Assembly (NCBI GenBank): GCA_963720315.1
Contig: CAVRFC010000002.1
Span: 97,990-161,989 of the forward strand
DNA length: 64,000 nt
Direction of reading: 5' to 3'
Origin: an uncultured Chloroflexia bacterium
Lineage (GTDB): Bacteria; Chloroflexota; Limnocylindria; Limnocylindrales; CSP1-4
Shown here: positions 52,946-63,014 of the stretch, in pieces
How positions within the stretch are numbered: position 1 is the first letter of the stretch
Layout of the letters: each line of letters begins with the position of its first letter
Notes under the pieces: model-generated
Told to the model about the DNA's origin: nothing
Seen by the model: the letters and a program-made list of their open reading frames with translations, nothing else
Database searches by the model: none
Made by a program: the position numbers and the translations under genes

Positions 52946-55020
52946 ACGAGCTGGCGCGGGATCGTTTCGAGCCAGCCGCGCTCGAAGAACGGCGCGTCAT
53001 CGAGTGTCACCCGGAGCCCGACGTTCATGTGGAAGTCGGATTCGGTACTGCGCATCGTGCCGGAGGCCTCGATGAGGATCTCGGAGCCGTGGTCTCGCAC
53101 CCGGTAGACCACCTCATTGTGCAGTCGGGCGTACGCGGGCTCGGCATCCGAAGCGGTCATCTCGAGCCGCTCCCCGGTATAGAGGCTGGAGGTGCCGTCA
53201 GGCAGAACGATCTCGCCGAACTCGCTCGACGTGACGGTCACCGTTCCTGCAACGACATCGTCAGTCACCCGCCACGTCGGCGGCTCCTCGGTCGAGGAGC
53301 CGATGGTCCGCATCGCCGCCGGCGTCGTCTTGAACGGTGGGACCGGGAGTGACCCGCCTCCGATCGTCGGCAGGATGAGCCGGCTGTCCGCGTCGCCGCC
53401 GAGGTGGAGTCCATATTCCGCGCTAAACGGCGACGGCCAGATGACCGGCCAGTAGGACGACGCCACCGACAACCTGATCCGATGACCGGGCAGGAATCGA
53501 TAGGCGGTGGAGCGCATCTGGATCCGGACGCTGGTGACGATGCCCGGTTCGAGCGGCGAGGGCGAGACGTGCGAGTCGCGATGCGTGAGGTTCAGGATGC
53601 CGGCGGTCACCTGCGACGATGTTCCATCGGGGGCAACGTCGCTGAGCCGAACCACCGCGGTCGCGATCGGCGCGCTCGACTCCCAGGCGAGGACGGCCGC
53701 CGGGAAGCCGACGACGTCGAACGGTGCCTCGAGCGGCCGGCTCGTGAAGGTCGGGATCACCGATTCGTCCGGTCGGAGGTCGCGGGCCAGGCCGTTCGGG
53801 GCGCCGCCAGCGCCCCATGACAGAGCCGCCCGGGTGCCGTTCGTCGGGCGGTGGCGGAATCGTTCCACGGACGGCTCCGCGTCGGCCCCGTCCTCGAGAC
53901 CGCCGACCAGCGGCAACGGGCCGGCGGCGAGATGGAGGACCCGCTCCCCGGCGTCCGCCGGCGGCCACGTTGGCAGCCCCAGCCACTCGCCGGGCCAGGC
54001 CACCGGGAAGGGTTCCGGATCGGCATATTCGCGGCGGAACAGGACGACGCCGGGCTCGTCCATCACGCCGCTGTCGATGCCCTTGAGCCAGTGGTCGAAG
54101 AACCGGACCATCTCGTGGAGCCAGTCGAGGTTCGGGCCCGGGTAGGCGTCGTCCGGCAGCGAGTGGACCCAGTTCCCGATGAGCGACCGTCGCGGCGCCG
54201 CGCAGCGTTCCTGCATCCGCAGGACCGGATCGACGTATTCGTCCATCCAGCCTCCGATCGAGAAGATCGCCGCCTCGATCGCGCCGTAGTCGGGGGCGAG
54301 CGAACCCTGCCGCCAGTACGGGCCGTCGTGCTGCTGGCGCAGCCACTCGAACAGCCAGACCGGAGTTTTTTCGAGGCGGTCGCGCCACTCGTCTGCCCAC
54401 GCCGTCCCGCGGTACTCGGCCTTCGGCGGCATCGCATTCATGCCGACCATGCTGACCGCGTACTGGCTCAGTTCCGAGACGGTGACGCAGCCGCCGATGT
54501 AGTGGACGTCGTCCGTGTAGCGGTCGTCGGTGGCCATCACCGGCACGATCGCCTTGAGATGCGGCGGACGGAGCATCGCGACTTGGATCGAGGTGAAGCC
54601 GCCGTACGAGATTCCCCACATCCCGACATTGCCGTTGCACCACGGCTGGGCTGCCAGCCACTCAACGGCGTCGTAGCCATCCTGGGTTTCGCGCGACGTG
54701 TATTCGTCGAGGGCGATGCCTGGGGACGAGCCGGTCCCACGGATGTCGAGCCGGCAAAATGCGAAGCCGCGGGCGGCCAGCCACTCGCCGCGACCCATGT
54801 CGCTCGCGAGCCGCCAGTCGTCCTTCCGGTACGGGATCATCTCGAGGATCGCCGGAAACGTCCCCTCCGGCTCGTCGGCCAGCGGTCGGGGCAGCCACAG
54901 GTTCGCCGAGAGTTCGAGTCCATCGCCCGCAGGGATCCGGACGTCGTACAGCACGCCGACCTCGTGGCGCGGCTGGCTTGCGGGGCGGCTGACTTCAGGA
55001 TCGACCGATGGGCCGGACAT
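52942..55020 (-). CDS. CocE/NonD-family alpha/beta hydrolase (X-Pro dipeptidyl-peptidase S15-like).
   Basis: ATG at complement(55018..55020) (MSGPSVDPEV...). FPAILEMIPYRKDD. Nucleophile GMWGISYGG. C-terminal beta-sandwich typical of CocE/NonD. Confidence 0.8.
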   Translation of the reverse strand: MSGPSVDPEVSRPASQPRHEVGVLYDVRIPAGDGLELSANLWLPRPLADEPEGTFPAILEMIPYRKDDWRLASDMGRGEWLAARGFAFCRLDIRGTGSSPGIALDEYTSRETQDGYDAVEWLAAQPWCNGNVGMWGISYGGFTSIQVAMLRPPHLKAIVPVMATDDRYTDDVHYIGGCVTVSELSQYAVSMVGMNAMPPKAEYRGTAWADEWRDRLEKTPVWLFEWLRQQHDGPYWRQGSLAPDYGAIEAAIFSIGGWMDEYVDPVLRMQERCAAPRRSLIGNWVHSLPDDAYPGPNLDWLHEMVRFFDHWLKGIDSGVMDEPGVVLFRREYADPEPFPVAWPGEWLGLPTWPPADAGERVLHLAAGPLPLVGGLEDGADAEPSVERFRHRPTNGTRAALSWGAGGAPNGLARDLRPDESVIPTFTSRPLEAPFDVVGFPAAVLAWESSAPIATAVVRLSDVAPDGTSSQVTAGILNLTHRDSHVSPSPLEPGIVTSVRIQMRSTAYRFLPGHRIRLSVASSYWPVIWPSPFSAEYGLHLGGDADSRLILPTIGGGSLPVPPFKTTPAAMRTIGSSTEEPPTWRVTDDVVAGTVTVTSSEFGEIVLPDGTSSLYTGERLEMTASDAEPAYARLHNEVVYRVRDHGSEILIEASGTMRSTESDFHMNVGLRVTLDDAPFFERGWLETIPRQLV

Positions 55021-55078
55021 GACGACAAGGATAGGAGCGGCGCGACAGACCGCGCGGCGCCGACCGCGGCGTGCGACG

Positions 55079-55693
55079 ATGCGCGTCGTGAGCACGTCCG
55101 AGCCGGCGGGCGATCCCGAGGCAGCCGAAGTCACCGTGGGGCCGTGGGTTCGCCGCACGCGCCGGACGGCCTACGACAACGCTTGGATCACCATCTGGCA
55201 CGACGAGGTCAGCCGGCCCGATGGCGGCCCCGGCATCTACGGGGTGGTCCACTTCGCGAACCTCGCCGCCGGCGTCGTCGTGCTGGACGAGCACGATCGC
55301 GTCCTCCTCGTCGGGCAGCACCGCTACACGCTCGACGCCTGGTCGTGGGAGATCCCCGAGGGCGGCGTGGCGCCCACCGAGGCGCCGCTCGACGGCATCC
55401 GACGTGAGCTCAAGGAGGAGACCGGCGTCGAGGCCGCCGAGTGGATCGAGCTGGCCCGCTTCCACCTCTCGAACTCGGTCTCCGACGAGGCCGGAATCCT
55501 CTACCTGGCGACGATCGTCACCCACGGCGCGGCCGCCCCGGAGCCGACCGAGGAGATCGAGAGCCGCTGGGTTCCGTTCGACGAGGCGCTTGCCATGACA
55601 CTCGACGGCCGGATCACCGACGCGATGTCTATCATCGGCCTCCAGCGGGTTGCCCTGGCGCGGGTGGCCGGCGGCGCGTCGCAGGGCGAGTAG
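55079..55693 (+). CDS. NUDIX hydrolase (ADP-ribose pyrophosphatase-like).
   Basis: ATG 55079. Nudix box GGVAPTEAPLDGIRRELKEETGV. Confidence 0.8.
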   Translation: MRVVSTSEPAGDPEAAEVTVGPWVRRTRRTAYDNAWITIWHDEVSRPDGGPGIYGVVHFANLAAGVVVLDEHDRVLLVGQHRYTLDAWSWEIPEGGVAPTEAPLDGIRRELKEETGVEAAEWIELARFHLSNSVSDEAGILYLATIVTHGAAAPEPTEEIESRWVPFDEALAMTLDGRITDAMSIIGLQRVALARVAGGASQGE

Positions 55694-55700
55694 CAGGCCA

Positions 55701-56876
55701 GTGGGGAATGACTGGGATGCCATCGTCGTCGGGCTCGGCGCGATTGGTTCCGGGGCTGCTTACTGGCTGAGTCGCCGGTTCGGCGACGGCGTCCTTGGGC
55801 TGGAGCAGTTCGGGTTCGGGCATGCCAACGGCGCCTCTCAGGACCACAGCCGGATCATCCGCCTGTCCTATCACCGACCGGACTACGTTCGGCTGGCGAA
55901 GCGGGCGTACGAGACGTGGGCCGAGGTCGAAGCCATGTCCGGCGCCAATATCGTGACCACGACCGGCGGCCTGGACGTGGCTCCGCGCGAGGCGTCGATC
56001 CCGCTCCATGACTACACGGGTTCGATGACCGCCGAGGGCGTCCCGTTCGAGCACCTCGACGCAGCCGAGATCATGCGGCGCTGGCCCCAATGGCGGCTCG
56101 GCGACGAGCACCACGGCCTCTACCAGGCACAGTCCGGCATCGCCGACCCGATCCGCGCCAACGAAGCGCACCAGCGCCTCGCGCGCGAACACGGCGCCTC
56201 TCTCCGCGACCGCTCTCCGGTCGTAGCCCTTCGCGACGCAGCGGGCGAGATCGAGGTCGAGACGGCCGACGGCGCCGTCCATCGCGCCGGCCACGTCGTG
56301 CTCGCCGCCGACGCCTGGACGAACGACCTGCTGCGCCACTTCGACCGGCGGCTGCCCCTGACCATCACGAAGGAGCAGGTCACCTACTTCGCCTGCCCGG
56401 ATCCCGCCGCCTTCGCGCCAGACCGCTTCCCGATCTGGATCTGGATGGACGAGCCGTGCTTCTATGGCTTCCCGACATACGGCGAGCCCGGCCCGAAGGC
56501 AGCCCAGGATGTCGGCGGAGACGAGACGACACCCGACGCCCGGACGTTCGACCGCGACGAGGCCGCCTTCGGGCGCCTCGAGGACTTCCTGGCGCACCAC
56601 CTGCCTGGCCACCTCGGGCCGCCGATCTACACGAAGACCTGCCTCTACACGCTGACCCCGGACCGCGACTTCGTACTCGATCGGCTGCCCGACCATCCGA
56701 ACGTGCTCGTCGCGCTCGGTGCCGCGCACGGCTTCAAATTCGCCTCGCTCTTCGGCCGGATCGCCGCGGAACTCCTCGTCGACGGAGGGACGCAATCGCA
56801 AGCCGAGATCCAGCGCTTCCGAATCGATCGGCCGATCCTGCTCGAAGCGAACCCGGTGACGAGCTTCATGGTATGA
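55701..56876 (+). CDS. Monomeric sarcosine oxidase / N-methyl-L-tryptophan oxidase-like FAD enzyme.
   Basis: GTG 55701. DAIVVGLGAIGSGAAYWL dinucleotide fold. HGFKFASLFGRIAAEL at the C-terminus. Length and order match MSOX/MTOX. Confidence 0.75.
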   Translation: MGNDWDAIVVGLGAIGSGAAYWLSRRFGDGVLGLEQFGFGHANGASQDHSRIIRLSYHRPDYVRLAKRAYETWAEVEAMSGANIVTTTGGLDVAPREASIPLHDYTGSMTAEGVPFEHLDAAEIMRRWPQWRLGDEHHGLYQAQSGIADPIRANEAHQRLAREHGASLRDRSPVVALRDAAGEIEVETADGAVHRAGHVVLAADAWTNDLLRHFDRRLPLTITKEQVTYFACPDPAAFAPDRFPIWIWMDEPCFYGFPTYGEPGPKAAQDVGGDETTPDARTFDRDEAAFGRLEDFLAHHLPGHLGPPIYTKTCLYTLTPDRDFVLDRLPDHPNVLVALGAAHGFKFASLFGRIAAELLVDGGTQSQAEIQRFRIDRPILLEANPVTSFMV

Positions 56877-57841
56877 GTCCACAGATGGCCGACCCCTCCG
56901 ACGCCCCGCGCAAGCCGCCGCGCCTTCGGCCCGGCGATACTGTCGGCGTCGTCGCACCGGCCAGCTCGTGGGAGAACCGCAGCGAGCTTCTTCGGGGAGT
57001 GGCGAGCCTCGAGGCGTGGGGCCTGACCGTCCGGCTCGGCGACCACATCAACGACCGCCACGGCTACATGGCCGGCCGCGACGAGGACCGTGCGGCGGAT
57101 CTCCACGCGATGCTCGCCGACCCGGAGATCCGGGCGATCGTCTGCCTCCAGGGCGGTTATGGGATGCCGCGCCTCATTCCGCTGCTCGACGAGAAGCTGT
57201 TCGCAGCGAACCCCAAGGCAATCTGCGGCTACAGCGATCTCACGACCCTCCACCTGGCGGCCGGCACGTGGGGCAACGTGATCTCCTTCTACTCGAATGG
57301 CGCGTCGGGCGTCGGTTCGCCGGAGGTCACAGAGTTCTCGAAGACGAGCCTCCACCGGGCCCTGTTCAGCGACGAGCCGTACGGCCCGATCGGCCCGAAT
57401 CCTGACGATCCGTATGTCCGGACGATCGTCGGTGGGCGCGCCACCGGCCGGCTTGCCGGCGGCTGCGCGGGATTGCTCAGCTCGTCCGTCGGGACCCGGC
57501 TCCAACCGGATTTCCGCGGCCGGATCGTCGTCCTCGAGGAGATCGAGATGGAGGGCTATGTCCTCGACGGCATTCTCACCCAGCTCCGAAACGCGGGCCT
57601 GTTCGACGATGTCGCCGGCATCGTCGTGGGAGACATCAAGACGAAGTGGTCGGGCGGAATCGCGGAGCTGTCGACAGAGGACATCGTCGAGGAGCTCCTT
57701 GGGCCGCTCGGCGTCCCGCTTACGTTCGGCCTGCCGATCGGGCACGGGAAGCACCACGCGACCGTCCCGTTTGGCGCCATGGCGACGCTCGAAGCCGACG
57801 CTGGCACGCTCGTCGTCGACGAGGTTGTGACAGCCGACTGA
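56873..57841 (+). CDS. LD-carboxypeptidase (peptidase S66, LdcA/MccF-like).
   Basis: ATG overlaps the previous stop (ATGA). GDTVGVVAPASS, GYMAGRDEDRAADLH, CLQGGYG, nucleophile region GYSDLTTLH, C-terminal LEEIEMEGY...GHG. Confidence 0.8.
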   Translation: MSPQMADPSDAPRKPPRLRPGDTVGVVAPASSWENRSELLRGVASLEAWGLTVRLGDHINDRHGYMAGRDEDRAADLHAMLADPEIRAIVCLQGGYGMPRLIPLLDEKLFAANPKAICGYSDLTTLHLAAGTWGNVISFYSNGASGVGSPEVTEFSKTSLHRALFSDEPYGPIGPNPDDPYVRTIVGGRATGRLAGGCAGLLSSSVGTRLQPDFRGRIVVLEEIEMEGYVLDGILTQLRNAGLFDDVAGIVVGDIKTKWSGGIAELSTEDIVEELLGPLGVPLTFGLPIGHGKHHATVPFGAMATLEADAGTLVVDEVVTAD

Positions 57842-57965
57842 CGCACGGTGCGGTCCACGCTTGCAGCGGCACGTTCGGCTGTGGGAAGCTCCGCGGCAGT
57901 CTGCAGGCGTCGGGACGGGACAGGGGTCCGGCCGGCGCGATCGGCGGACGTTGAGGAGGAGTCAC

Positions 57966-59885
57966 GTGATGCGACCACCCCTACGCACCCGGGCGATGCG
58001 AGCGCTTGTCGCGCTCGGCCTCGCGCTCTCGACCCTCCTGCCGGGGGCATCCTTCACCGGCGCCGCCGAGGGCGACCTCGTGATCAAGGCGGGCACCGAC
58101 CAGGATCTCCAGGTCCTGAACCCGTGGAACTCGGTCGTCGTCGCCGACTTCGAGGTCTTCACGCTCAACTACGACCTGCTCGTGAACTTCGGGCAGGACC
58201 TCGAGCCTGTGCCGGGCTTCGCCGAGTCGTGGACCCAGGACGGCACCACGTGGACCTTCAAGATCCGGCCCGACATGCAGTGGTCGGACGGCGAGCCAGC
58301 GACATCTGAGGACGCCCGCTACACGTATCAGCTCGTCATCGACGCCGCGGACAAGAGCGAGGCGAGCGAGGACGGCTACTACCTCGGCCAGGGCTATCTC
58401 GAGCCGTACCTCACCAATGCCGGGATCACCGCGGTAAGCGCGCCTGACCCGGAAACACTGGTCGTCGAGACCGAGTTCGAGAACACGCTCCTGCTCCAGG
58501 CCTACGTGCCCATCCTCCCGAAGCACATCTGGTCGACGCACACAATCGACGAAATCGCGAACGCCGCCGACGTGACGCCGTTCACCAATGAGCCGCCGAT
58601 CGTCGGCACCGGGCCGTACCAGGCCGTGGAATGGGAACCCGGCAACTTCATCAGGTTCGCCCGCAACCCGAACTACTGGGGCGAGGAGGGTGCCGCCGAC
58701 GAGGTGATCATCCAGCACTTCGGCAGCGCCGACACCATGGTCCAGGCGCTCAAGACAGGCGAAATCGACTACGTCCGGGGAGTGCTCGCGGACCAGTTCG
58801 ACGATCTCAAGGACGACCCGGACATCGCGGTCGTCGAGGGCATCGCGAACGGTTACACGGAACTGTCGTTCAACACCGGCGGCAACAAGGAGGGCTACGG
58901 CGGCTCGACGTCGGCACTCGCCGACATCGCCTTCCGCGATGCCCTCGGCTACGCGATCGATCAGCAGGCCCTCGTCGACGCCACGCTGGGCGGCTACGGA
59001 ACGCCAGGCTCCACGATCATCCCGCCGTTCCACACCCGCTGGCACGTCCCACCGGCGAATCCGCGCCGATTCGACATCGAAGAGGCCAAGAAGCGGCTCG
59101 ACGCCGCTGGCTACGCCCTCGATAGCGCGGGCAAGCGGCTCGACAAGGACGGCAAGGTTATCAACCTCCGGCTCACCTGGCCGGACTCGGAACCCGAGAA
59201 TGGAACGAACGCCGAGTTCCTCGTCGAGTGGTTCGGCGATCTCGGAATAACCGTCGACGCGGCCGTGACGGCCGAAGGGACGCTCATCGACGACGTCACC
59301 GGACCGCCGAACGGGCCCGCGAACTACGACATCTACATGTGGGGCTGGGTCGGCGACCCGGATCCCACTTCGCTCCTCAACTTCTTCAGGACCGAGGAGA
59401 TCGGCGGTGCGAGCGACAGCTACTACTCGAACCCCGAGTACGACCGGCTGTTCCTCGAGCAGCGCGCGGAGTCGGACGTTGCGACGCGGAAGGATCTCCT
59501 GACGCAGATGCAGGAGCTCGTCTACGCCGAGGCGCCGTATCACATCCTCTATTACGATGCCGAGCTCCACGCCTATCGTACGGACAAGTTCGCTGGCTGG
59601 ACGAACCAGCCGAGCGAGGGCGGCACGCCGCTCTTCGGCTACGGATCGTTCGGCTACACGAAGCTCACCGACCTCGCCGCCGCCAGCCCTGAGCCGTCCG
59701 GCTCAGCGGCGGCACCGAGCGGTGGTGCCAGCCCGGCGGCGAGCCCCGCAGGCTCGGGTGCACCCACCGGCGATACGTCGAACACGGCGTTCCTGCTCGT
59801 GGTCGGCATCGCCGCGCTCGTCTTGGTCCTCGTCATCGCCGCCATCTTGATGCGCCGACGGAGAGTTGCCGGCGAAGAGGAGTGA
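57966..59885 (+). CDS. ABC transporter substrate-binding protein (family 5, peptide/nickel, DppA/OppA-like) with signal peptide and a C-terminal TM anchor.
   Basis: GAGGAGGA SD. Signal MRPPLRTRAMRALVALGLALSTLLPGA. SBP_bac_5-like body. C-terminus is a Pro/Ala/Ser linker followed by a hydrophobic helix FLLVVGIAALVLVLVIAAILMRRRR. Confidence 0.85.
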   Translation: MMRPPLRTRAMRALVALGLALSTLLPGASFTGAAEGDLVIKAGTDQDLQVLNPWNSVVVADFEVFTLNYDLLVNFGQDLEPVPGFAESWTQDGTTWTFKIRPDMQWSDGEPATSEDARYTYQLVIDAADKSEASEDGYYLGQGYLEPYLTNAGITAVSAPDPETLVVETEFENTLLLQAYVPILPKHIWSTHTIDEIANAADVTPFTNEPPIVGTGPYQAVEWEPGNFIRFARNPNYWGEEGAADEVIIQHFGSADTMVQALKTGEIDYVRGVLADQFDDLKDDPDIAVVEGIANGYTELSFNTGGNKEGYGGSTSALADIAFRDALGYAIDQQALVDATLGGYGTPGSTIIPPFHTRWHVPPANPRRFDIEEAKKRLDAAGYALDSAGKRLDKDGKVINLRLTWPDSEPENGTNAEFLVEWFGDLGITVDAAVTAEGTLIDDVTGPPNGPANYDIYMWGWVGDPDPTSLLNFFRTEEIGGASDSYYSNPEYDRLFLEQRAESDVATRKDLLTQMQELVYAEAPYHILYYDAELHAYRTDKFAGWTNQPSEGGTPLFGYGSFGYTKLTDLAAASPEPSGSAAAPSGGASPAASPAGSGAPTGDTSNTAFLLVVGIAALVLVLVIAAILMRRRRVAGEEE

Positions 59886-59986
59886 CGGCGTCGGGCGGTC
59901 GGCAGCAGCACCCGCGCCCGTGAACCCGCGACCCGGGGAGTGCCGCTCGTCGGCACTCCCCGGCTGATTCTCCACCGGGCCGGATC

Positions 59987-60964
59987 GTGGGCTTCTCCTA
60001 CCTGGCGAGGCGGCTCGGGTCCGCGTTCCTGACGATCGCGATGATCGTCATCATCAACTTCGTCCTGTTCCGGGCGATGCCTGGATCTCCCGAGCGGGTG
60101 ATCCTGCGCGGGACGCCGAACGTGACCCAGGCTCAGCTGAACGCCGCGCGCGAGCGTTGGGGCCTGAACGATCCGCTCTTCCCGGACCAGTTCGGCGCGT
60201 TCGTCGCTGCGACGGTGCGAGGCGATCTCGGCTACTCGTTCGTTGCCCGCGGCCAGACGGTCGGGCAGGTGATCAGCCAGCGGATCTGGCCGACGGTCAT
60301 CCTGTTCGGCCTCGGGGAGATCATCGCCATCGTAGTCGGCCTTTCCCTGGGCGCGTTCTCCGGCTGGCGGCGCGGCGGCCTCGTCGATCAGGTCGGGAAC
60401 GGAGTCTCCCTCATCTTGTATTCGACGCCGTACTTCATCATCGGGATGGCTCTGCTGCTGGTATTCGGGACTGGCCTCGGCTGGTTCCCGACGTACGGCA
60501 TGCTCGAGGCAGGGGCGCAGTACACCGGCATCTTGGACCGGCTGGCCGACTTCCTGGCTCACCTGGCCCTGCCGCTGGCGACGGTCGCGCTCGGGCTCAT
60601 CGGCCAGTACTCGATCGTGATGCGCTCGTCGATCGTCGAGACCCTGTCAGAGGACTACGTCACGACCGCTCGGGCCATGGGCCTGCGGGACGGCAGGATC
60701 CTCCGCCATCACGCCCTGCCGAACGCGCTGCTGCCGACGGTCACGCTGATCGCGATCAATCTCGGGTACATCGTCGCTGGCGCGATCACCGTCGAAGTCG
60801 TCTTCAACTGGCCGGGCCTCGGAACGCTGGCGGTTGAGGCGCTGGAAGCACGCGACTACCCGGTCCTCCAGGGCGTCTTCCTCGTCCTCAGCGTCTCAGT
60901 CGTCCTCGCAAATCTCGGGGCCGATATGATTTACGGCGTCCTCGATCCGCGGGTCCGGACCTGA
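59987..60964 (+). CDS. ABC transporter permease (DppB/OppB-like).
   Basis: GTG 59987. BPD_transp_1 EAA-like region (ARAMGLRDGRILRHHALPNALLP). Six TM helices. Confidence 0.85.
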   Translation: MGFSYLARRLGSAFLTIAMIVIINFVLFRAMPGSPERVILRGTPNVTQAQLNAARERWGLNDPLFPDQFGAFVAATVRGDLGYSFVARGQTVGQVISQRIWPTVILFGLGEIIAIVVGLSLGAFSGWRRGGLVDQVGNGVSLILYSTPYFIIGMALLLVFGTGLGWFPTYGMLEAGAQYTGILDRLADFLAHLALPLATVALGLIGQYSIVMRSSIVETLSEDYVTTARAMGLRDGRILRHHALPNALLPTVTLIAINLGYIVAGAITVEVVFNWPGLGTLAVEALEARDYPVLQGVFLVLSVSVVLANLGADMIYGVLDPRVRT

Positions 60965-61905
60965 TGGCGGGGCAGGTCGTCCTGGCGCCGCAGCATGAGG
61001 GACGACGATTCGTCCGGGTAGGTGGTCTTCTGCGGGCCGTCCTCCGGCGCCGGGATGGCCTGATCGGCCTCGTCATCCTCGCCTTCTTCTCGCTGCTGGC
61101 CATCGCTCCGGAGTTCTTCGTCGGGCCCCTCGAGACCGCGGTTACGGCGACGGGACCCCGCCTGTCGCCACCGATCGAGGGCTACCCGCTCGGGACGGAC
61201 CACCTCCGCCGGGACATGGTCAACCTGACCGTTCACGGGGCCCGGGTCTCGATGGTCATCGGGCTCCTCGCGACGATCATCACCGTGTTAGTCGGGGCCG
61301 TCGTGGGGATCGTCAGCGGCTTTGCCGGCGGCCGGCTCGATGGATTCCTCATGCGGATCACGGACTTCTTCCTCGTGATCCCGACGTTCGTTCTCGCCCT
61401 GATCCTCACGCCTATCCTCCGCGACCTCGTGGGTTCGGGATCGCGGGAGATCTTCGGCATCCGGATGACCCTCGTTGTCATCGTCGTCGTGATCGGCATC
61501 ACGAGCTGGTCGTCGACCGCCCGGATCATCCGATCGCAGACGCTGTCCCTCAAGGAGCGCGCCTTTGTCGACCGTGCACGGGTCATCGGGGCTGGGAGTG
61601 GCCACGTCATGCGCCGCCACATCCTGCCGAACGTCATCAACCTCATCGTCGCGAACGCTGTCATCGTCTTTGCTGGGGCCGTCCTGACCGAGACATTCCT
61701 CTCCTTCGTCGGTCTCGGCGACCCGCTCCAGCCGTCCTGGGGACAACTCCTCGAATCGGCCCGCGCGATCGGAGCGCCCGGGCTTGGCGCGTGGTGGTAC
61801 TTCGTCCCGCCCAGCGCGTGCATCGTGCTCGTCGTCCTGGCCTTCACCCTCGTCGGGAGCGCCCTCGACGACCAGCTCAACCCCAAGCGGAGAGAGCGCC
61901 GATGA
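60964..61905 (+). CDS. ABC transporter permease (DppC/OppC-like).
   Basis: ATG overlaps the previous stop by 1 nt. DRARVIGAGSGHVMRRHILPNV EAA-type loop. Six TM helices. Confidence 0.85.
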   Translation: MAGQVVLAPQHEGRRFVRVGGLLRAVLRRRDGLIGLVILAFFSLLAIAPEFFVGPLETAVTATGPRLSPPIEGYPLGTDHLRRDMVNLTVHGARVSMVIGLLATIITVLVGAVVGIVSGFAGGRLDGFLMRITDFFLVIPTFVLALILTPILRDLVGSGSREIFGIRMTLVVIVVVIGITSWSSTARIIRSQTLSLKERAFVDRARVIGAGSGHVMRRHILPNVINLIVANAVIVFAGAVLTETFLSFVGLGDPLQPSWGQLLESARAIGAPGLGAWWYFVPPSACIVLVVLAFTLVGSALDDQLNPKRRERR

Positions 61906-63014
61906 CCGTCGCCAGCCGTCGGCAATCGCTCCCGAAGCAAGCCGATCCCAGCGCACCGCTCCTCGTTGTCGAGAACCTCAAGACGCATTTCTCCCTTGGC
62001 GCCGAGACAGTGCACGCCGTCGATGGCATCAGCTTCACGCTGAACCACGGCGAGGCGCTTGGGATTGCGGGTGAGTCGGGCTGTGGAAAGACCACGACCG
62101 CCCTATCGCTGATCCGCCTCCTGCCATCGAACGCCGAGATCGTCGAGGGCAGCGTCCGGCTCTACGGCATCGACCTGGTCACCAAGTCCGCCAACGCCCT
62201 GCGGCGCTATCGGTGGCGGGAGGTCTCGATCGTCTTCCAGGGAGCGATGAACGCGCTGAATCCAGTGCACCGCCTACGCGATCAGATCGTCGAATCGCTC
62301 ACGGAGCGGCTCGGCACGTCCGAGAAGGACGCCCGTAAGCGCGCCGGCGAGCTCCTCGAGCTCGTCGGAATCCCGAAGAAGCGTGGCGACGCGTATCCCC
62401 ACGAGCTATCGGGCGGGATGCGCCAGCGAGCCATGATCGCGATGGCCCTGGCCTGCGACCCGGCGATCGTGATCGGCGACGAGCCGACGACGGCGCTCGA
62501 CGTCATGGTCCAGGCGCAGATCCTCGCCTTGCTCGAGGACCTTCGCCACAAGCTGGGGCTTTCGCTGATCCTCATCACCCACGACCTGTCGGTGATCGCC
62601 GAGACCTGCGACCGGGTTCTCATCATGTATGCCGGCCGCGTCGCCGAGGAGGGCACGGTCGATGAGGTGTTCCGCCGGCCTCGGCACCCCTACACCCAGA
62701 AGCTCCTGGCGGCGTTTCCGAACATCCGCGCCGACCGGCGGACGCTCGAGGTCATTCCCGGGTCGCCGCCGGACCTCCGCCACCCGCCGCCGGGTTGCCG
62801 TTTCGCGCCGCGCTGCCCGTTCGCGATGGAGGTCTGCACCGAAGTCGTCCCGCCGGAGGTGACGTTTGGCCAGGTCCGGGTCGCGTGTCATCTCTACCCG
62901 CCGGGGAGCGACGGGGCGCAGGTGACGACGGCGCCACCGAATGCGATCGGCGCCACGGTGCCGCTCGTCGAGCCGCCGCCGGCCGAGCCGCCGCTCGAGG
63001 TCGCGGGCGGATGA
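61902..63014 (+). CDS. ABC transporter ATP-binding protein (DppD/OppD-like) with C-terminal oligopeptide-transporter extension.
   Basis: ATGA overlap. Walker [10 protein letters not shown]. Signature LSGGMRQR. Walker [14 protein letters not shown]-loop ITHDL. C-terminal CRFAPRCPF motif. Confidence 0.85.
   Translation: MTVASRRQSLPKQADPSAPLLVVENLKTHFSLGAETVHAVDGISFTLNHGEALGIAGESGCGKTTTALSLIRLLPSNAEIVEGSVRLYGIDLVTKSANALRRYRWREVSIVFQGAMNALNPVHRLRDQIVESLTERLGTSEKDARKRAGELLELVGIPKKRGDAYPHELSGGMRQRAMIAMALACDPAIVIGDEPTTALDVMVQAQILALLEDLRHKLGLSLILITHDLSVIAETCDRVLIMYAGRVAEEGTVDEVFRRPRHPYTQKLLAAFPNIRADRRTLEVIPGSPPDLRHPPPGCRFAPRCPFAMEVCTEVVPPEVTFGQVRVACHLYPPGSDGAQVTTAPPNAIGATVPLVEPPPAEPPLEVAGG

Noticed and set aside
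56090-56872. 583-aa plus-strand ORF spanning the sarcosine-oxidase-like gene in another frame
   Set aside because: The upstream 260 codons are an Arg-rich alternative frame of the oxidase gene. The LD-carboxypeptidase homology begins at the ATG at 56873, which overlaps the oxidase stop.
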